From: an uncultured Clostridia bacterium
GTDB taxonomy: Bacteria > Bacillota > Clostridia > Oscillospirales > Oscillospiraceae
Length of the DNA: 64,000 nucleotides
Assembly (NCBI GenBank): GCA_945948535.1
Contig: CAMFBN010000002.1
Span: forward strand, 240-64,239
Reading direction: 5' to 3'
This document shows positions 44,909 through 54,305 of the stretch, one piece after another. The notes beneath the pieces are model-generated. The model was not told the origin of the DNA. It was given only the letters and a program-made list of their open reading frames with translations, and did no database searches. The position numbers were made by a program, and so were the translations under genes. The first letter of the stretch is position 1; every line of letters starts with the position of its first letter.

Positions 44909-46126
44909 ATGCGTACACACAGATTTGCAGCCAACCTGCTGTCCCTGCTTTTGACTGCGGCGCTGACCCTCAGCCTGCTCCCGGTGGAGACCCACGCGGC
45001 GTCCTCCGCGGAGATACAGAAGGAGATTGACGCGCTGGAAGCCAAAAACGCGGAGATTCAGAAGCAGATCGATGCCGTTCAAAGCCAGTACAATGCCAAT
45101 TACAACGATATGAAGAGCATTGTGGAGCAGAAAAGCGCCATCGATCAGGAGATCACCCTTCTGAACAGCAAGGTGGATACCACCAATGAACAAATTGCCG
45201 CCTACAGTCAGCTGATCGCGGACACCCAGGAAGAGCTGGACGCCGCCCAGGAGGATCTGCGCAAGCTCAGTGAGGAACACCGGGAACGGGTTCGGGTCAT
45301 GGAGGAGCAGGGCAAGATGACCTACTGGCAGGTCATCTTCGAGGCCAACAGCTTCACGGACCTCCTGGACCGCATCAACATGGTGGAGGAGATCAACGCC
45401 TCCGACCGGAAGCGCATTGAGGAAATGCGCATCGCGGCGGATATTGTCACCGCCACCCAGATGAATCTGGAGATGGAGAAAAGTCAGCTGGAGGAGGTTC
45501 GGGTTCAGCTGGCAGCCGACGAGGCGGCTTTGCAGGAAAAGCGGACGGAATCCGATGATGTTCTCCGGGAGCTGGAAGCAAAGTCGGAGGAATATGAAAT
45601 CCTGATGGCGGAGTCCGAGATTCTTCAGGAAGACCTGATGCAGGAGATTGCCGCCAAGGAAAAGGAACTCAAGGAAGCCAAATATGATGAATATTTGGCA
45701 AAGCTGGCCCTTCAGGGCGAGAATCCGCCATCGGATGCCACCTGGATCACCCCGGTGTCCGGCTGGAAGCTGACCAGCCCCTTCGGTATGCGAACCCACC
45801 CCATTCTGAAGACCCAGCGGATGCACAACGGCATTGATATGGCCTGTGCCCAGGGTACGCCCATTTACGCCACCCGGGCCGGCAAGGTTACAAGGACGGC
45901 CTATCAGGCCGGCGGCGCGGGCAACTATGTCAGCATCAACCATCTGGATGGCTTTTCCTCCATTTATATGCACATGACCCACTATGTTGTCACTGCGGGA
46001 CAGACTGTCTCCGCCGGACAGCTCATCGGCTATGTGGGCAGCACCGGCCTGTCCACCGGCCCTCATCTGCATTTCGGCATTTCCTATGCCGGTACTTACG
46101 TCAACCCCCTTGCGTACATCCGCTGA
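44909..46126 (+). CDS. Coiled-coil + M23 peptidase (EnvC/CwlO-like), paralog 1
   Basis: Signal peptide, long coiled coil, HNGID, YMH, STGPHLHF. Confidence 0.92.
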   Translation: MRTHRFAANLLSLLLTAALTLSLLPVETHAASSAEIQKEIDALEAKNAEIQKQIDAVQSQYNANYNDMKSIVEQKSAIDQEITLLNSKVDTTNEQIAAYSQLIADTQEELDAAQEDLRKLSEEHRERVRVMEEQGKMTYWQVIFEANSFTDLLDRINMVEEINASDRKRIEEMRIAADIVTATQMNLEMEKSQLEEVRVQLAADEAALQEKRTESDDVLRELEAKSEEYEILMAESEILQEDLMQEIAAKEKELKEAKYDEYLAKLALQGENPPSDATWITPVSGWKLTSPFGMRTHPILKTQRMHNGIDMACAQGTPIYATRAGKVTRTAYQAGGAGNYVSINHLDGFSSIYMHMTHYVVTAGQTVSAGQLIGYVGSTGLSTGPHLHFGISYAGTYVNPLAYIR

Positions 46127-46163
46127 AAAAGGGTGTATGCCGCCTCTTGAAAAGGAGTATACT

Positions 46164-47450
46164 ATGAAGAATCGCAAACGTTTGGTATCCATCCTGTCCG
46201 GCGTCATGGCGGCAATCATGCTGCTGACGCTGCTCATGAGCATTCTGCCCTCCCGTGCCAGCGCGGCTTCTTCTTCTGAGATTCGGAAGCAGATCAACCA
46301 GCTGAAGAAGGAAAAGGCAGAGCTGAAGGATAAGATCGACGACGTCAAGGAGCAGTATAAAGAGAATGAAAATGAGATCGCGGACATTATTGCCCGAAAG
46401 AATGTCATCGATCAGGAGATTCAGCTGCTCAGCGAGCAGATTACCAATATGAACGACCAGCTGTCCGCCTACAACCTTCTGATTGCGGACAAGCAGGACG
46501 AGCTGGACAACGCCGAGGGGCTGTATGACCAGCTGAACGAGGAAAACAAGGTTCGTGTCCGCACCATGGAGGAGGAAGGCGAAATCTCCTACTGGGAGGT
46601 GCTGTTCAAGGCCAACAGCTTTTCCGACCTTCTGGACCGGCTGAACATGGTGGAGGAAATCGCCGCTTCCGATAACCGGCGCTTAAAACAGCTCAGCGAC
46701 GCCGCCGACGCGGTGGAAGTGGCGCAGGTCGACCTCCAGGCGGAGAAGGCCGAGATGGAGGAGACCAAGAAGGAGCTGGACGCGGCCCAGGAAGAAATGA
46801 ACGCCAAGCGGAAGGAAGCGGAAGACCTTTTGCAGGAGCTTCTGAGCAAGGCGGACGACCTGGAAGCGCTGGAAGCGGAGTTCCAGGCCATGGACGAGGA
46901 ATTCCTGAAGCAGATTGCCACCAAGGAAGAGGAGTACAGCGCTGCCAAGCAGGCGGAGTGGGAGGCCTATATGGCGACCTATGTCCCGCCTACCACTGCC
47001 GGTGCAGGCGAATCCATTGATAAGCCCACCAGCGGCGGCACCGGCGGTACGGCGGTGGGCGGCGGCTGGGTACGGCCCTGCAGCTATACCTCCATTACCT
47101 CTCCCTTTGGTTACCGGGTTTCTCCCACCACCGGCGCTTCTACTTACCATCAGGGTGTTGACCTGGACACCGGCACGGGCTGGCCCGTGGTGGCGGCGAA
47201 AGCCGGGCGGGTGGTCGTTGCCGGCTACGGCAGCGCCGCCGGCAACTATGTGAAAATCGACCACGGCGACGGCGTGTCCTCCATCTATATGCATCTGAGC
47301 AACTACTGTGTCTCGGCGGGCCAGATGGTCAGCGCGGGCCAGCAGATCGGCACCACCGGTGCCACCGGCGTGGCAACCGGCGACCACCTGCATTTCGGTA
47401 TCGCTGTGAACGGTGTTTATGTAAACCCCTGCAACTATGTAGCGCTGTAA
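46164..47450 (+). CDS. Coiled-coil + M23 peptidase, paralog 2
   Basis: Signal peptide, coiled coil, HQGVD, YMH, ATGDHLHF. Confidence 0.92.
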   Translation: MKNRKRLVSILSGVMAAIMLLTLLMSILPSRASAASSSEIRKQINQLKKEKAELKDKIDDVKEQYKENENEIADIIARKNVIDQEIQLLSEQITNMNDQLSAYNLLIADKQDELDNAEGLYDQLNEENKVRVRTMEEEGEISYWEVLFKANSFSDLLDRLNMVEEIAASDNRRLKQLSDAADAVEVAQVDLQAEKAEMEETKKELDAAQEEMNAKRKEAEDLLQELLSKADDLEALEAEFQAMDEEFLKQIATKEEEYSAAKQAEWEAYMATYVPPTTAGAGESIDKPTSGGTGGTAVGGGWVRPCSYTSITSPFGYRVSPTTGASTYHQGVDLDTGTGWPVVAAKAGRVVVAGYGSAAGNYVKIDHGDGVSSIYMHLSNYCVSAGQMVSAGQQIGTTGATGVATGDHLHFGIAVNGVYVNPCNYVAL

Positions 47451-47508
47451 TGCTTTCCCACAGCCCGGGCCTCGGGCTGTGGGAACCTTTCTATGGGAGT
47501 GTTGGAAC

Positions 47509-48651
47509 ATGAAAAAGAAACTGCTCACAATTGGCTCCTATGTGCTGGTAGCCATGCTGGCAACGGTCATCACGCTGGCGCTGGTGTGTGAGAATCCCCC
47601 CTCCAAGCTGGACCGGCTGGAAGCGCTGATTGAGAACCGCTTTATCGGTGAGGCGGACAGCCAGACGCTGGAGGATGCCGCTGCCGTCGCCATGGTGAAG
47701 GCCACCGGTGACCGCTGGAGCTACTACATTTCCGCCAAGGACTATGATGCCCACCGGGAGCAGGAGGAGAATGCCTACGTGGGCGTGGGCATTACCATCC
47801 AGCCGGAGGAGGACGATTCCGGTTTCCTGATTATCATGGTCGCGGACGGCGGCCCCGCAAAGGAGGCGGGCATCGAGGTAAACGACCTGCTGATTGGTGT
47901 GGAGGATCAGGACATTCGAGGGATGACCACCGATGAGGTGGGCACGCTGGTGAAGGGCGAAGAGGGCACCAAGGTGTCCCTCACCGTTATGCGCAAGGGT
48001 GAGCATATGACCCTCTCCGTGGAGCGCCGCCGGATCGAGCAGCCCGTGGCGGAAGGCGAGATGCTGGAGGACGGAATCGGTCTGGTGAAAATCAGCAACT
48101 TTGACGCCCGCTGCGCCGAGGAAACCATTGCCGCCATTGAAAAGCTGCGGACGGAGGGCGCGAAAAAGCTGATTCTGGATGTGCGGAATAATCCCGGCGG
48201 CTTTGCGGACGAGTTGGTGAAGCTCCTTGACTATCTGCTGCCCGAGGGCGACCTGTTCCGCAGCGTCAGCTTTGACGGAAAAGAACAGGTGGATACTTCC
48301 GATGAGAATTTCCTGGATATGCCCATGGCGGTGCTGGTCAACGGCGACAGCTATTCCGCGGCGGAATTCTTTGCCGCCGCTTTGCAGGAGTACGAAGCGG
48401 CGGTGGTGGTGGGAGAGCCGACAGTGGGCAAGGGCTATTACCAGCAGACCATCCCGCTGGGCGACGGCTCTGCCGTGGCCCTGTCCACCGGCAAGTATTT
48501 TACCCCCAAGGGCAATTCTCTGGCGGACAAAGGCGTTATCCCCACCGTCCGGGTGGACGTGGACGAGGAAACGGCCTCCGCCATCTATTACGGTACCCTT
48601 AGCGCCGGGGAGGACCCCCAGCTTCAGGCGGCAATTAAAGCTCTGAAATAA
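47509..48651 (+). CDS. S41 C-terminal processing protease (CtpA/Prc-like)
   Basis: PDZ domain, LDVRNNPGG, SYSAAE, GKGYYQ. Confidence 0.92.
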   Translation: MKKKLLTIGSYVLVAMLATVITLALVCENPPSKLDRLEALIENRFIGEADSQTLEDAAAVAMVKATGDRWSYYISAKDYDAHREQEENAYVGVGITIQPEEDDSGFLIIMVADGGPAKEAGIEVNDLLIGVEDQDIRGMTTDEVGTLVKGEEGTKVSLTVMRKGEHMTLSVERRRIEQPVAEGEMLEDGIGLVKISNFDARCAEETIAAIEKLRTEGAKKLILDVRNNPGGFADELVKLLDYLLPEGDLFRSVSFDGKEQVDTSDENFLDMPMAVLVNGDSYSAAEFFAAALQEYEAAVVVGEPTVGKGYYQQTIPLGDGSAVALSTGKYFTPKGNSLADKGVIPTVRVDVDEETASAIYYGTLSAGEDPQLQAAIKALK

Positions 48652-48670
48652 GAAATACGCCCCGATTCGA

Positions 48671-49843
48671 TTAAGAATCGGGGCATATTTTGTCAAGCAG
48701 TTCGGAAAGGGAAAGGTCTTGTGCTTTCGCGATTTTCGCAAGATCGTCATATTCGAGCTTTTCCCTGCGGACACCGTAGCCGGAACTGACTTTCTTCCGG
48801 ATGGGGCCGTAGGGCGTATCCACGGTTTCCACAGTGCGGTTCAGGGTATACCGCTGGCAGGGGAACTCCCGGACGCCCAGCGTGGTGGTGTGCTTCAGCA
48901 GCAGGCGAACCATGGCGTCTTTCCGGTCTTCCCGGCAGAGCACGGTAATCAGAACACCGGGCCGGGACTTTTTCATGCCGATGGGGACGGTAAAGGCATC
49001 CAGCGCGCCGCTCCCAAGAAGCTGTTCCAGCGCAAAGCCCATGGTCTCGCCGGTCATGTCGTCCACATTGCAGCGAAGCTCCACGATTTCGTCAGCCGGG
49101 TCTTCCGATTCCCCCAGCAGCGCCCGGACGCAGTTGGCCCGGGGGAAATCCTTTTTGCCCATGCCGTAACCGATGGCCTGAACCTTCATGACGGGCATCT
49201 CCCCAAATTCCGAGGCAAAGTGCCGGATGAGCGCCGCCCCTGTGGGGGTGCACAGCTCTCCGGCGATGGAACCGCCGTAAATGGGGATGTCCCGCAGCAG
49301 GTACGCCGTGGCAGGGGCGGGCACCGGCAGAATGCCGTGGGCGCAGCGCACCTGCCCGCTGCCCACGTGGACAGGGGAGACGATGATTTTGTCGGGAGCC
49401 AGCCGGTGCAGCAGCAGGCACACGGCGGTCACGTCGGCAATGGCGTCCATGGTTCCCACTTCATGAAAGTGAATCTGCTCCACGGGAACGCCGTGGACGT
49501 GGCTTTCCGCCTGGGCGATTTCCTCATAAACCGAGAGAATATCCAGCTTGACCATGGTAGGAACGGGCAGGCCGCTGACAATGCCGCGGATATCCCCCAA
49601 ATGACCGTGGTGGTGATGGTGGGGGTGGCCGGAATCCTCTTCCTCCCCATAAACGGTTACTGCCATATGGGTGCCCTGAATTCCGCATTTTTCGCACTTC
49701 TCCGCTGAAAAACTCACGCCGGGAATGCCCAATGCGTTGAGTTCCTCCACAAAGGCGTCGCTGTCCGGCAGCAGCTCCAGCAGGGCGGCGGTGAGCATAT
49801 CCCCGGCGGCGCCCATGCCGCAGTCGAGATATAAGGTTTTCAT
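48671..49843 (-). CDS. larC: Nickel-pincer cofactor Ni insertase
   Basis: LDCGMGAAGDM, HPHHHHHGH, HFHEVG, CNVDD, KKSRPG, EYDD. Confidence 0.93.
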   Translation of the reverse strand: MKTLYLDCGMGAAGDMLTAALLELLPDSDAFVEELNALGIPGVSFSAEKCEKCGIQGTHMAVTVYGEEEDSGHPHHHHHGHLGDIRGIVSGLPVPTMVKLDILSVYEEIAQAESHVHGVPVEQIHFHEVGTMDAIADVTAVCLLLHRLAPDKIIVSPVHVGSGQVRCAHGILPVPAPATAYLLRDIPIYGGSIAGELCTPTGAALIRHFASEFGEMPVMKVQAIGYGMGKKDFPRANCVRALLGESEDPADEIVELRCNVDDMTGETMGFALEQLLGSGALDAFTVPIGMKKSRPGVLITVLCREDRKDAMVRLLLKHTTTLGVREFPCQRYTLNRTVETVDTPYGPIRKKVSSGYGVRREKLEYDDLAKIAKAQDLSLSELLDKICPDS

Positions 49844-50595
49844 TTTTTGACCTCCATGTGGTTGATGCGGTTGGCGAGGAAGCCCGCGCCAAAGCCGTTG
49901 TCGATATTCACCACGCTGACGCCGCTGGCACAGGAATTGAGCATACTGAGCAGGGCGGAGATGCCGCCGAAGGAAGCGCCGTAGCCCACGCTGGTGGGCA
50001 CCGCGATCACGGGACAGTCCGCCAGCCCCCCCACCACGCTGGCAAGAGCCCCCTCCATACCGGCGATGGCGATCACCACGCTGGCCTCCATAATCATATC
50101 CATGTGGGCCAGCAGCCGGTGCACCCCCGACACGCCCACGTCGTACAGCCGCACCACACGGCTGCCCAGAATTTCCGCCGTCAGGGCCGCTTCCTCGGCA
50201 ACGGGGATATCGCTGGTGCCGCCGGTGGCGATGACCACCTTGCCGATGCCGTCGGGTTCCGGAAAGCCGCCTACAATGCCCACCTTCGCGTCCTTGCGGT
50301 AGTCCAGATCGGTGGTTTTGGCGACAAATTCTGCCGCTTCGGGGGACATCCGGGTAATCAGAATGCGGTTCTGTCCGTGGCGGCACATGGTGTCGATGAT
50401 TCCGGCAATCTGCTCCGGAGTTTTCCCCGCGCCGTAGATCACCTCCGCCGCGCCCTGACGCACCCGGCGGTGCAGGTCCACCTTGGCATAGCCAATGTCC
50501 TCGAAAGGGGACATTTTGATTTTCAGCAGAGCGTCATCCACGCTGACCGCACCGGACTGAACGTCCTCCAAAAGCTTGCGGATATCGGAATTCAT
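49840..50595 (-). CDS. larB: Nickel-pincer cofactor carboxylase/hydrolase
   Basis: GTSDIPVAEEA, DVGVSGVHRL, AVPTSVGYG, VVNIDNGFGA. Confidence 0.95.
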   Translation of the reverse strand: MNSDIRKLLEDVQSGAVSVDDALLKIKMSPFEDIGYAKVDLHRRVRQGAAEVIYGAGKTPEQIAGIIDTMCRHGQNRILITRMSPEAAEFVAKTTDLDYRKDAKVGIVGGFPEPDGIGKVVIATGGTSDIPVAEEAALTAEILGSRVVRLYDVGVSGVHRLLAHMDMIMEASVVIAIAGMEGALASVVGGLADCPVIAVPTSVGYGASFGGISALLSMLNSCASGVSVVNIDNGFGAGFLANRINHMEVKK

Positions 50596-51338
50596 GGGCG
50601 CACCTCCAAATCCAGCACAACGCCGGAATACAGCTTCTTCAAATGGGAGAGAATGACCTCCCTGTTTTTCAAGACGGTTTCCAAATCCGATTCTGTGACC
50701 TGAATCCGGGCAATGTCCCCCAGTGTTCGCACCCGGAAGTCCCGCAGGCCGAGACTGTGCAGATAGGTTTCCGCGTCCTCCGTCCGGGAAAGCTTTCCCG
50801 GGGTGATGGTGTCCCCGGTGGGAATCCGGGTGGCAAGGCAGGCGTAGGCGGGCTTATCGTGGGTGAACAGCCCGGCTTCTTTGGAAAGACGGCGGATTTC
50901 CTTCTTTGTCAGGCCGCACTCCCGCAGGGGTGAGCGGACGGAAAGTTCCAGCAGAGCCTGCATTCCGGGCCGGTCGGCAGCTTCATCGGAAGCGTTGGTG
51001 CCGTCCAGCAGAAGGGAATAGCCATCCGCTTTTGCAGTGGCGGAAAGGACGGAAAACAGAGCTGTTTTGCAGTAATAGCAGCGATTTGCCGGGTTTTCCG
51101 CCACATTTGGAACACTGAGAACATCAATAGAGAGAATCTCCATCTGCGCCCCCAGCTGAGCCGCCAGCTTCTTTGCGTCCTCCAGCTCGAAAGCAGGCTG
51201 AAAGGCGGTTTTCGCGTAATAGGCCTTGACATCCGCGCCGGACTGGACGGCGGAATAGAGCAGATACGCCGAGTCCACGCCGCCGGAAAAAGCAATGGCG
51301 GCCTTTGGGTTCGCTTGCCAAAATTGGGTCAGATTCAT
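50592..51338 (-). CDS. larE: ATP-dependent sulfur transferase
   Basis: SGGVDS, RCYYCK, DGTNASD, ACLATR. Confidence 0.92.
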   Translation of the reverse strand: MNLTQFWQANPKAAIAFSGGVDSAYLLYSAVQSGADVKAYYAKTAFQPAFELEDAKKLAAQLGAQMEILSIDVLSVPNVAENPANRCYYCKTALFSVLSATAKADGYSLLLDGTNASDEAADRPGMQALLELSVRSPLRECGLTKKEIRRLSKEAGLFTHDKPAYACLATRIPTGDTITPGKLSRTEDAETYLHSLGLRDFRVRTLGDIARIQVTESDLETVLKNREVILSHLKKLYSGVVLDLEVRP

Positions 51339-51368
51339 AGGGCCCTCCACAGGTGAGATTTTTGTCAT

Positions 51369-51485
51369 ATTATAGCATTTCCGGAGACAGTTATCAATAG
51401 GCCGAACATTTAACGATTTGGTTAAATAAACGCTTGACAAACGGCGCACCTTGTGTTACACTTCATTTAACAGTTAAGTTAAATG
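51369..51485. promoter_or_regulatory. Divergent promoters with two palindromic operators
   Basis: Minus: TTGATA-17-TATAAT (51397-51369). Plus: TTGACA-17-TACACT (51434-51462). CATTTAAC-N6-GTTAAAT at 51407-51427 and 51464-51485. Confidence 0.75.
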
Positions 51486-51509
51486 TTAAATATGGAAGGA
51501 GGAAGTACA

Positions 51510-51785
51510 ATGGGCTTGCAGCAGACCCTGAAAGCGTTGGCAGACCCCACCCGGCGGGAAATTTTGAATCTGCTGAAAAATGGGAAGCGCTCCGCCGGAG
51601 AAATCGCCGAGCAGTTCGACATCACCGCCGCTGCCGTGTCACGGCACCTGTCGGTGCTGAAGGAAGCAGACCTGATTGAGGACACCCGGAACGGTAAGTA
51701 TATTTACTACGAATTGAATGCTTCGGTTTTGGAGGAAATCCTGCTGTGGATTTCGGATTTGAAAGGGGAGGACCCCCATGAGTAA
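51510..51785 (+). CDS. ArsR-family autorepressor (SdpR-like)
   Basis: KALADPTRREIL...SAGEIA...AVSRHLSVLK..DLI...RNGKYIYYELN. Confidence 0.9.
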   Translation: MGLQQTLKALADPTRREILNLLKNGKRSAGEIAEQFDITAAAVSRHLSVLKEADLIEDTRNGKYIYYELNASVLEEILLWISDLKGEDPHE

Positions 51786-52620
51786 CCTATCTGTCGTATG
51801 TATCATTTTGACTTTTGTCGTCAGCCTGCTTCTGCCGCCGGCGTTTTTGGTATTCTACGCCCTTCGCCATAAAAAGCAGGGCATCTGGAGCGCATGGCTG
51901 CTGGGTGCCGCCGGATTCTTTGTGCCCCAGATTCTGATTCGCTTTCCAATTCTGGCCGCTCTGTCCCGGACGGACGGTTTTGTGGCTTTCGCGCAGGCCC
52001 ACCCCCTGATCTACGGCTTTGCGCTGGCTTTTACCGCAGGGTTGTTTGAGGTGGTCGGACGGTATGCCGTGGCCCGTGTCCTGAAAAAGAACCTGACTTA
52101 CCGCCGGGCATTGGCAGCCGGACTGGGCCATGGCGGCATCGAAGCCATCCTCATTACCGGCCTTGCTTATGTCAGTAATCTGGTCTTTCTCGTGATGCTC
52201 CAGACCGGTGGCTTTGAAGCCGCGATTGCCCAAACCACTGCCGCAGGCGGAGATGTGACGGCGCTACTGAGCGCAAAGGACGCGCTGATGAACACGCCCT
52301 GGACAATGTTCCTGCTGGCGGGCTTTGAGCGGCTTTTGGCTATGACCTGCCACGCCGCCTTGAGTATGCTGGTCTGCTACGGTGTCCACAGCGGAAAAAC
52401 GGCCCCAACCATCTTTGCCTTTGCCATGCACGTGGGCATGGACTGCGTGGCGAGCATCAGCCTGATGATCGGCAAGGGCCTGTCTCAGGCCACAGCCTAT
52501 ACCATTATCTACACGCTTTTGACAGCATTTACCGTCTTGGCCATTGTTATTTTGAAGAACATCCGCGCCCGCTGGGCGGCGGAAGAAGCACAGGAGGTGC
52601 CTTATGATTCGCAAGCATAA
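51778..52620 (+). CDS. YhfC-family intramembrane metalloprotease-like protein
   Basis: AGLFEVVGR, GLGHGGIEA, FERL...H..LS, H...D motifs. Confidence 0.8.
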   Translation: MSNLSVVCIILTFVVSLLLPPAFLVFYALRHKKQGIWSAWLLGAAGFFVPQILIRFPILAALSRTDGFVAFAQAHPLIYGFALAFTAGLFEVVGRYAVARVLKKNLTYRRALAAGLGHGGIEAILITGLAYVSNLVFLVMLQTGGFEAAIAQTTAAGGDVTALLSAKDALMNTPWTMFLLAGFERLLAMTCHAALSMLVCYGVHSGKTAPTIFAFAMHVGMDCVASISLMIGKGLSQATAYTIIYTLLTAFTVLAIVILKNIRARWAAEEAQEVPYDSQA

Positions 52621-53680
52621 ATTGGAACTGATTATTTCCTCTCTGGTCATTTTGATTCCCGTTCTGGTGGGCCTGATTCTCTGGAACCGGCTCCCCGAAA
52701 CCCTCGCCACCCACTGGGGCTTTGACGGTCAGCCCGACGGCTACGGCAGCATTCCCTTCGCGGTGTTCGTGCCCTATCTGTGCCTGCTGGCGGGCCACTG
52801 GCTCTGCTTTTTTGTCACGGCTAAGGACCCCCACAACCAGGACCGGAACTGGAAGCCCATCCGGCTGGTGTTGTGGATTATGCCGGTGCTGTCCAATGTT
52901 TGCGGTGCGATTATGTATTCTCTGGCGCTGGGAGTTCAGGTGTCCGTCAGCGGGATTATGATTGCCGCTCTGGGCCTGATGTTCGTTGCCATCGGCAACT
53001 ATCTGCCCAAGTGCCGCCAGAACTATACCATCGGCATCAAGGTGCCGTGGACCTATACCAGCGAGGAGAACTGGAATGCCACCCACCGCTTTGGCGGCAG
53101 AGTGTGGATGGTGGGCGGCGTGGTGATGATGCTTGCTGCCTTCCTGCCTGCCGGATGGAGTGCGGGGGTGACTGTGGCGGCGGCGGTGATTCTGTCGGTG
53201 GTGCCAATTGTCTACTCGTATTGCTACTACCGCAAACAGGTACAGCGTGGGGACGAACTGAAGCCCATTCCCAGCGCTCACACCCGGGCGGGCAAAGTGG
53301 GCATGGCTGTCGGCGTGCTGATTTTGGTATTCGTGCTGGCGATGCTGTTCAGCGGCAAGGTGGAAACCACCTTCTCCGATGACTCTTTTACCATAAAGGC
53401 CAGCTACTATGATGACCTGACGGTGTCCTACGACCGTGTGGAGTTCGTGGAATACCGGGACGGCAATGTGCCGGGCAGCCGGGTCTTCGGCTTGGGCAGC
53501 TTCCGGCTGCTGCTGGGTACTTTCGAGAATGAAGAGTTTGGAAACTATACCCGCTATACCTACTACAATCCCGAGGCCTGTGTGGTGCTGAGGGTGAACG
53601 GAAAAACACTGGTGCTCAGTGGCAGGGGCGCGGCGGAAACCCAAAGTATTTATCAGCAGCTGCTGGATAAGACGCAATAA
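52604..53680 (+). CDS. SdpI-family immunity protein (DUF1648 + SdpI) with extra C-terminal domain
   Basis: LPETLATHW..DGQPDG, GNYLPK..QNYTIGIKVPWT..SEENW..THR..G. Confidence 0.85.
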   Translation: MIRKHKLELIISSLVILIPVLVGLILWNRLPETLATHWGFDGQPDGYGSIPFAVFVPYLCLLAGHWLCFFVTAKDPHNQDRNWKPIRLVLWIMPVLSNVCGAIMYSLALGVQVSVSGIMIAALGLMFVAIGNYLPKCRQNYTIGIKVPWTYTSEENWNATHRFGGRVWMVGGVVMMLAAFLPAGWSAGVTVAAAVILSVVPIVYSYCYYRKQVQRGDELKPIPSAHTRAGKVGMAVGVLILVFVLAMLFSGKVETTFSDDSFTIKASYYDDLTVSYDRVEFVEYRDGNVPGSRVFGLGSFRLLLGTFENEEFGNYTRYTYYNPEACVVLRVNGKTLVLSGRGAAETQSIYQQLLDKTQ

Positions 53681-53824
53681 AACAGCAAACAATCCGGGGT
53701 GTGTGATCACCCCGGATTTTCTCTTGCAAATCCCCAGTTTTGCGAAAAATTCCTTGACTGTGCGGAAAGAATCCACTATAATATTCGGAGCTATGGATAT
53801 TTTATCTGAGAAAGGATTTTAAAT

Positions 53825-54301
53825 ATGGCTAAGGAATACAAAATTACCAGTCTGCGCCTTTCCGATCTGGAGAAGGAACTGAATTATCTGAAGACCACCC
53901 GTGAGCGCGAGATTGCCGCCATGATCGCGGAAGCCCGCTCCTACGGCGACTTGTCCGAAAACTCCGAGTACGATGCCGCCAAGAACGAGCAGGCAAAGCT
54001 CTACGGCCGCATTGCCGAGATCGAGGACATCCTGTCCCACGCCGTCATCATCGAGGACGAGAATGAAGCCAGCGGTCGTGTGGGTCTGGGCTGCACCGTG
54101 GTTGTGGAGGACGAGAAGGGCAAGCAGACCACCTACCGCATCACCGGTTCTCAGGAGGCCAACCCCATGGAGGGCAAGCTGTCCGACGACTCCCCCTTCG
54201 GCCGCAGCATCGTAGGCAAGGCTGCCGGCGAGACCTTCACCGTCAACGCGCCTGTTGGTTCCTTCACCATGAAGGTCATCAGCGTCACCCGTGAGGGCTG
54301 A
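53825..54301 (+). CDS. greA: Transcription elongation factor GreA
   Basis: ARSYGDLSENSEYDAAK, SDDSPFG. Confidence 0.97.
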   Translation: MAKEYKITSLRLSDLEKELNYLKTTREREIAAMIAEARSYGDLSENSEYDAAKNEQAKLYGRIAEIEDILSHAVIIEDENEASGRVGLGCTVVVEDEKGKQTTYRITGSQEANPMEGKLSDDSPFGRSIVGKAAGETFTVNAPVGSFTMKVISVTREG

Positions 54302-54305
54302 TTCT

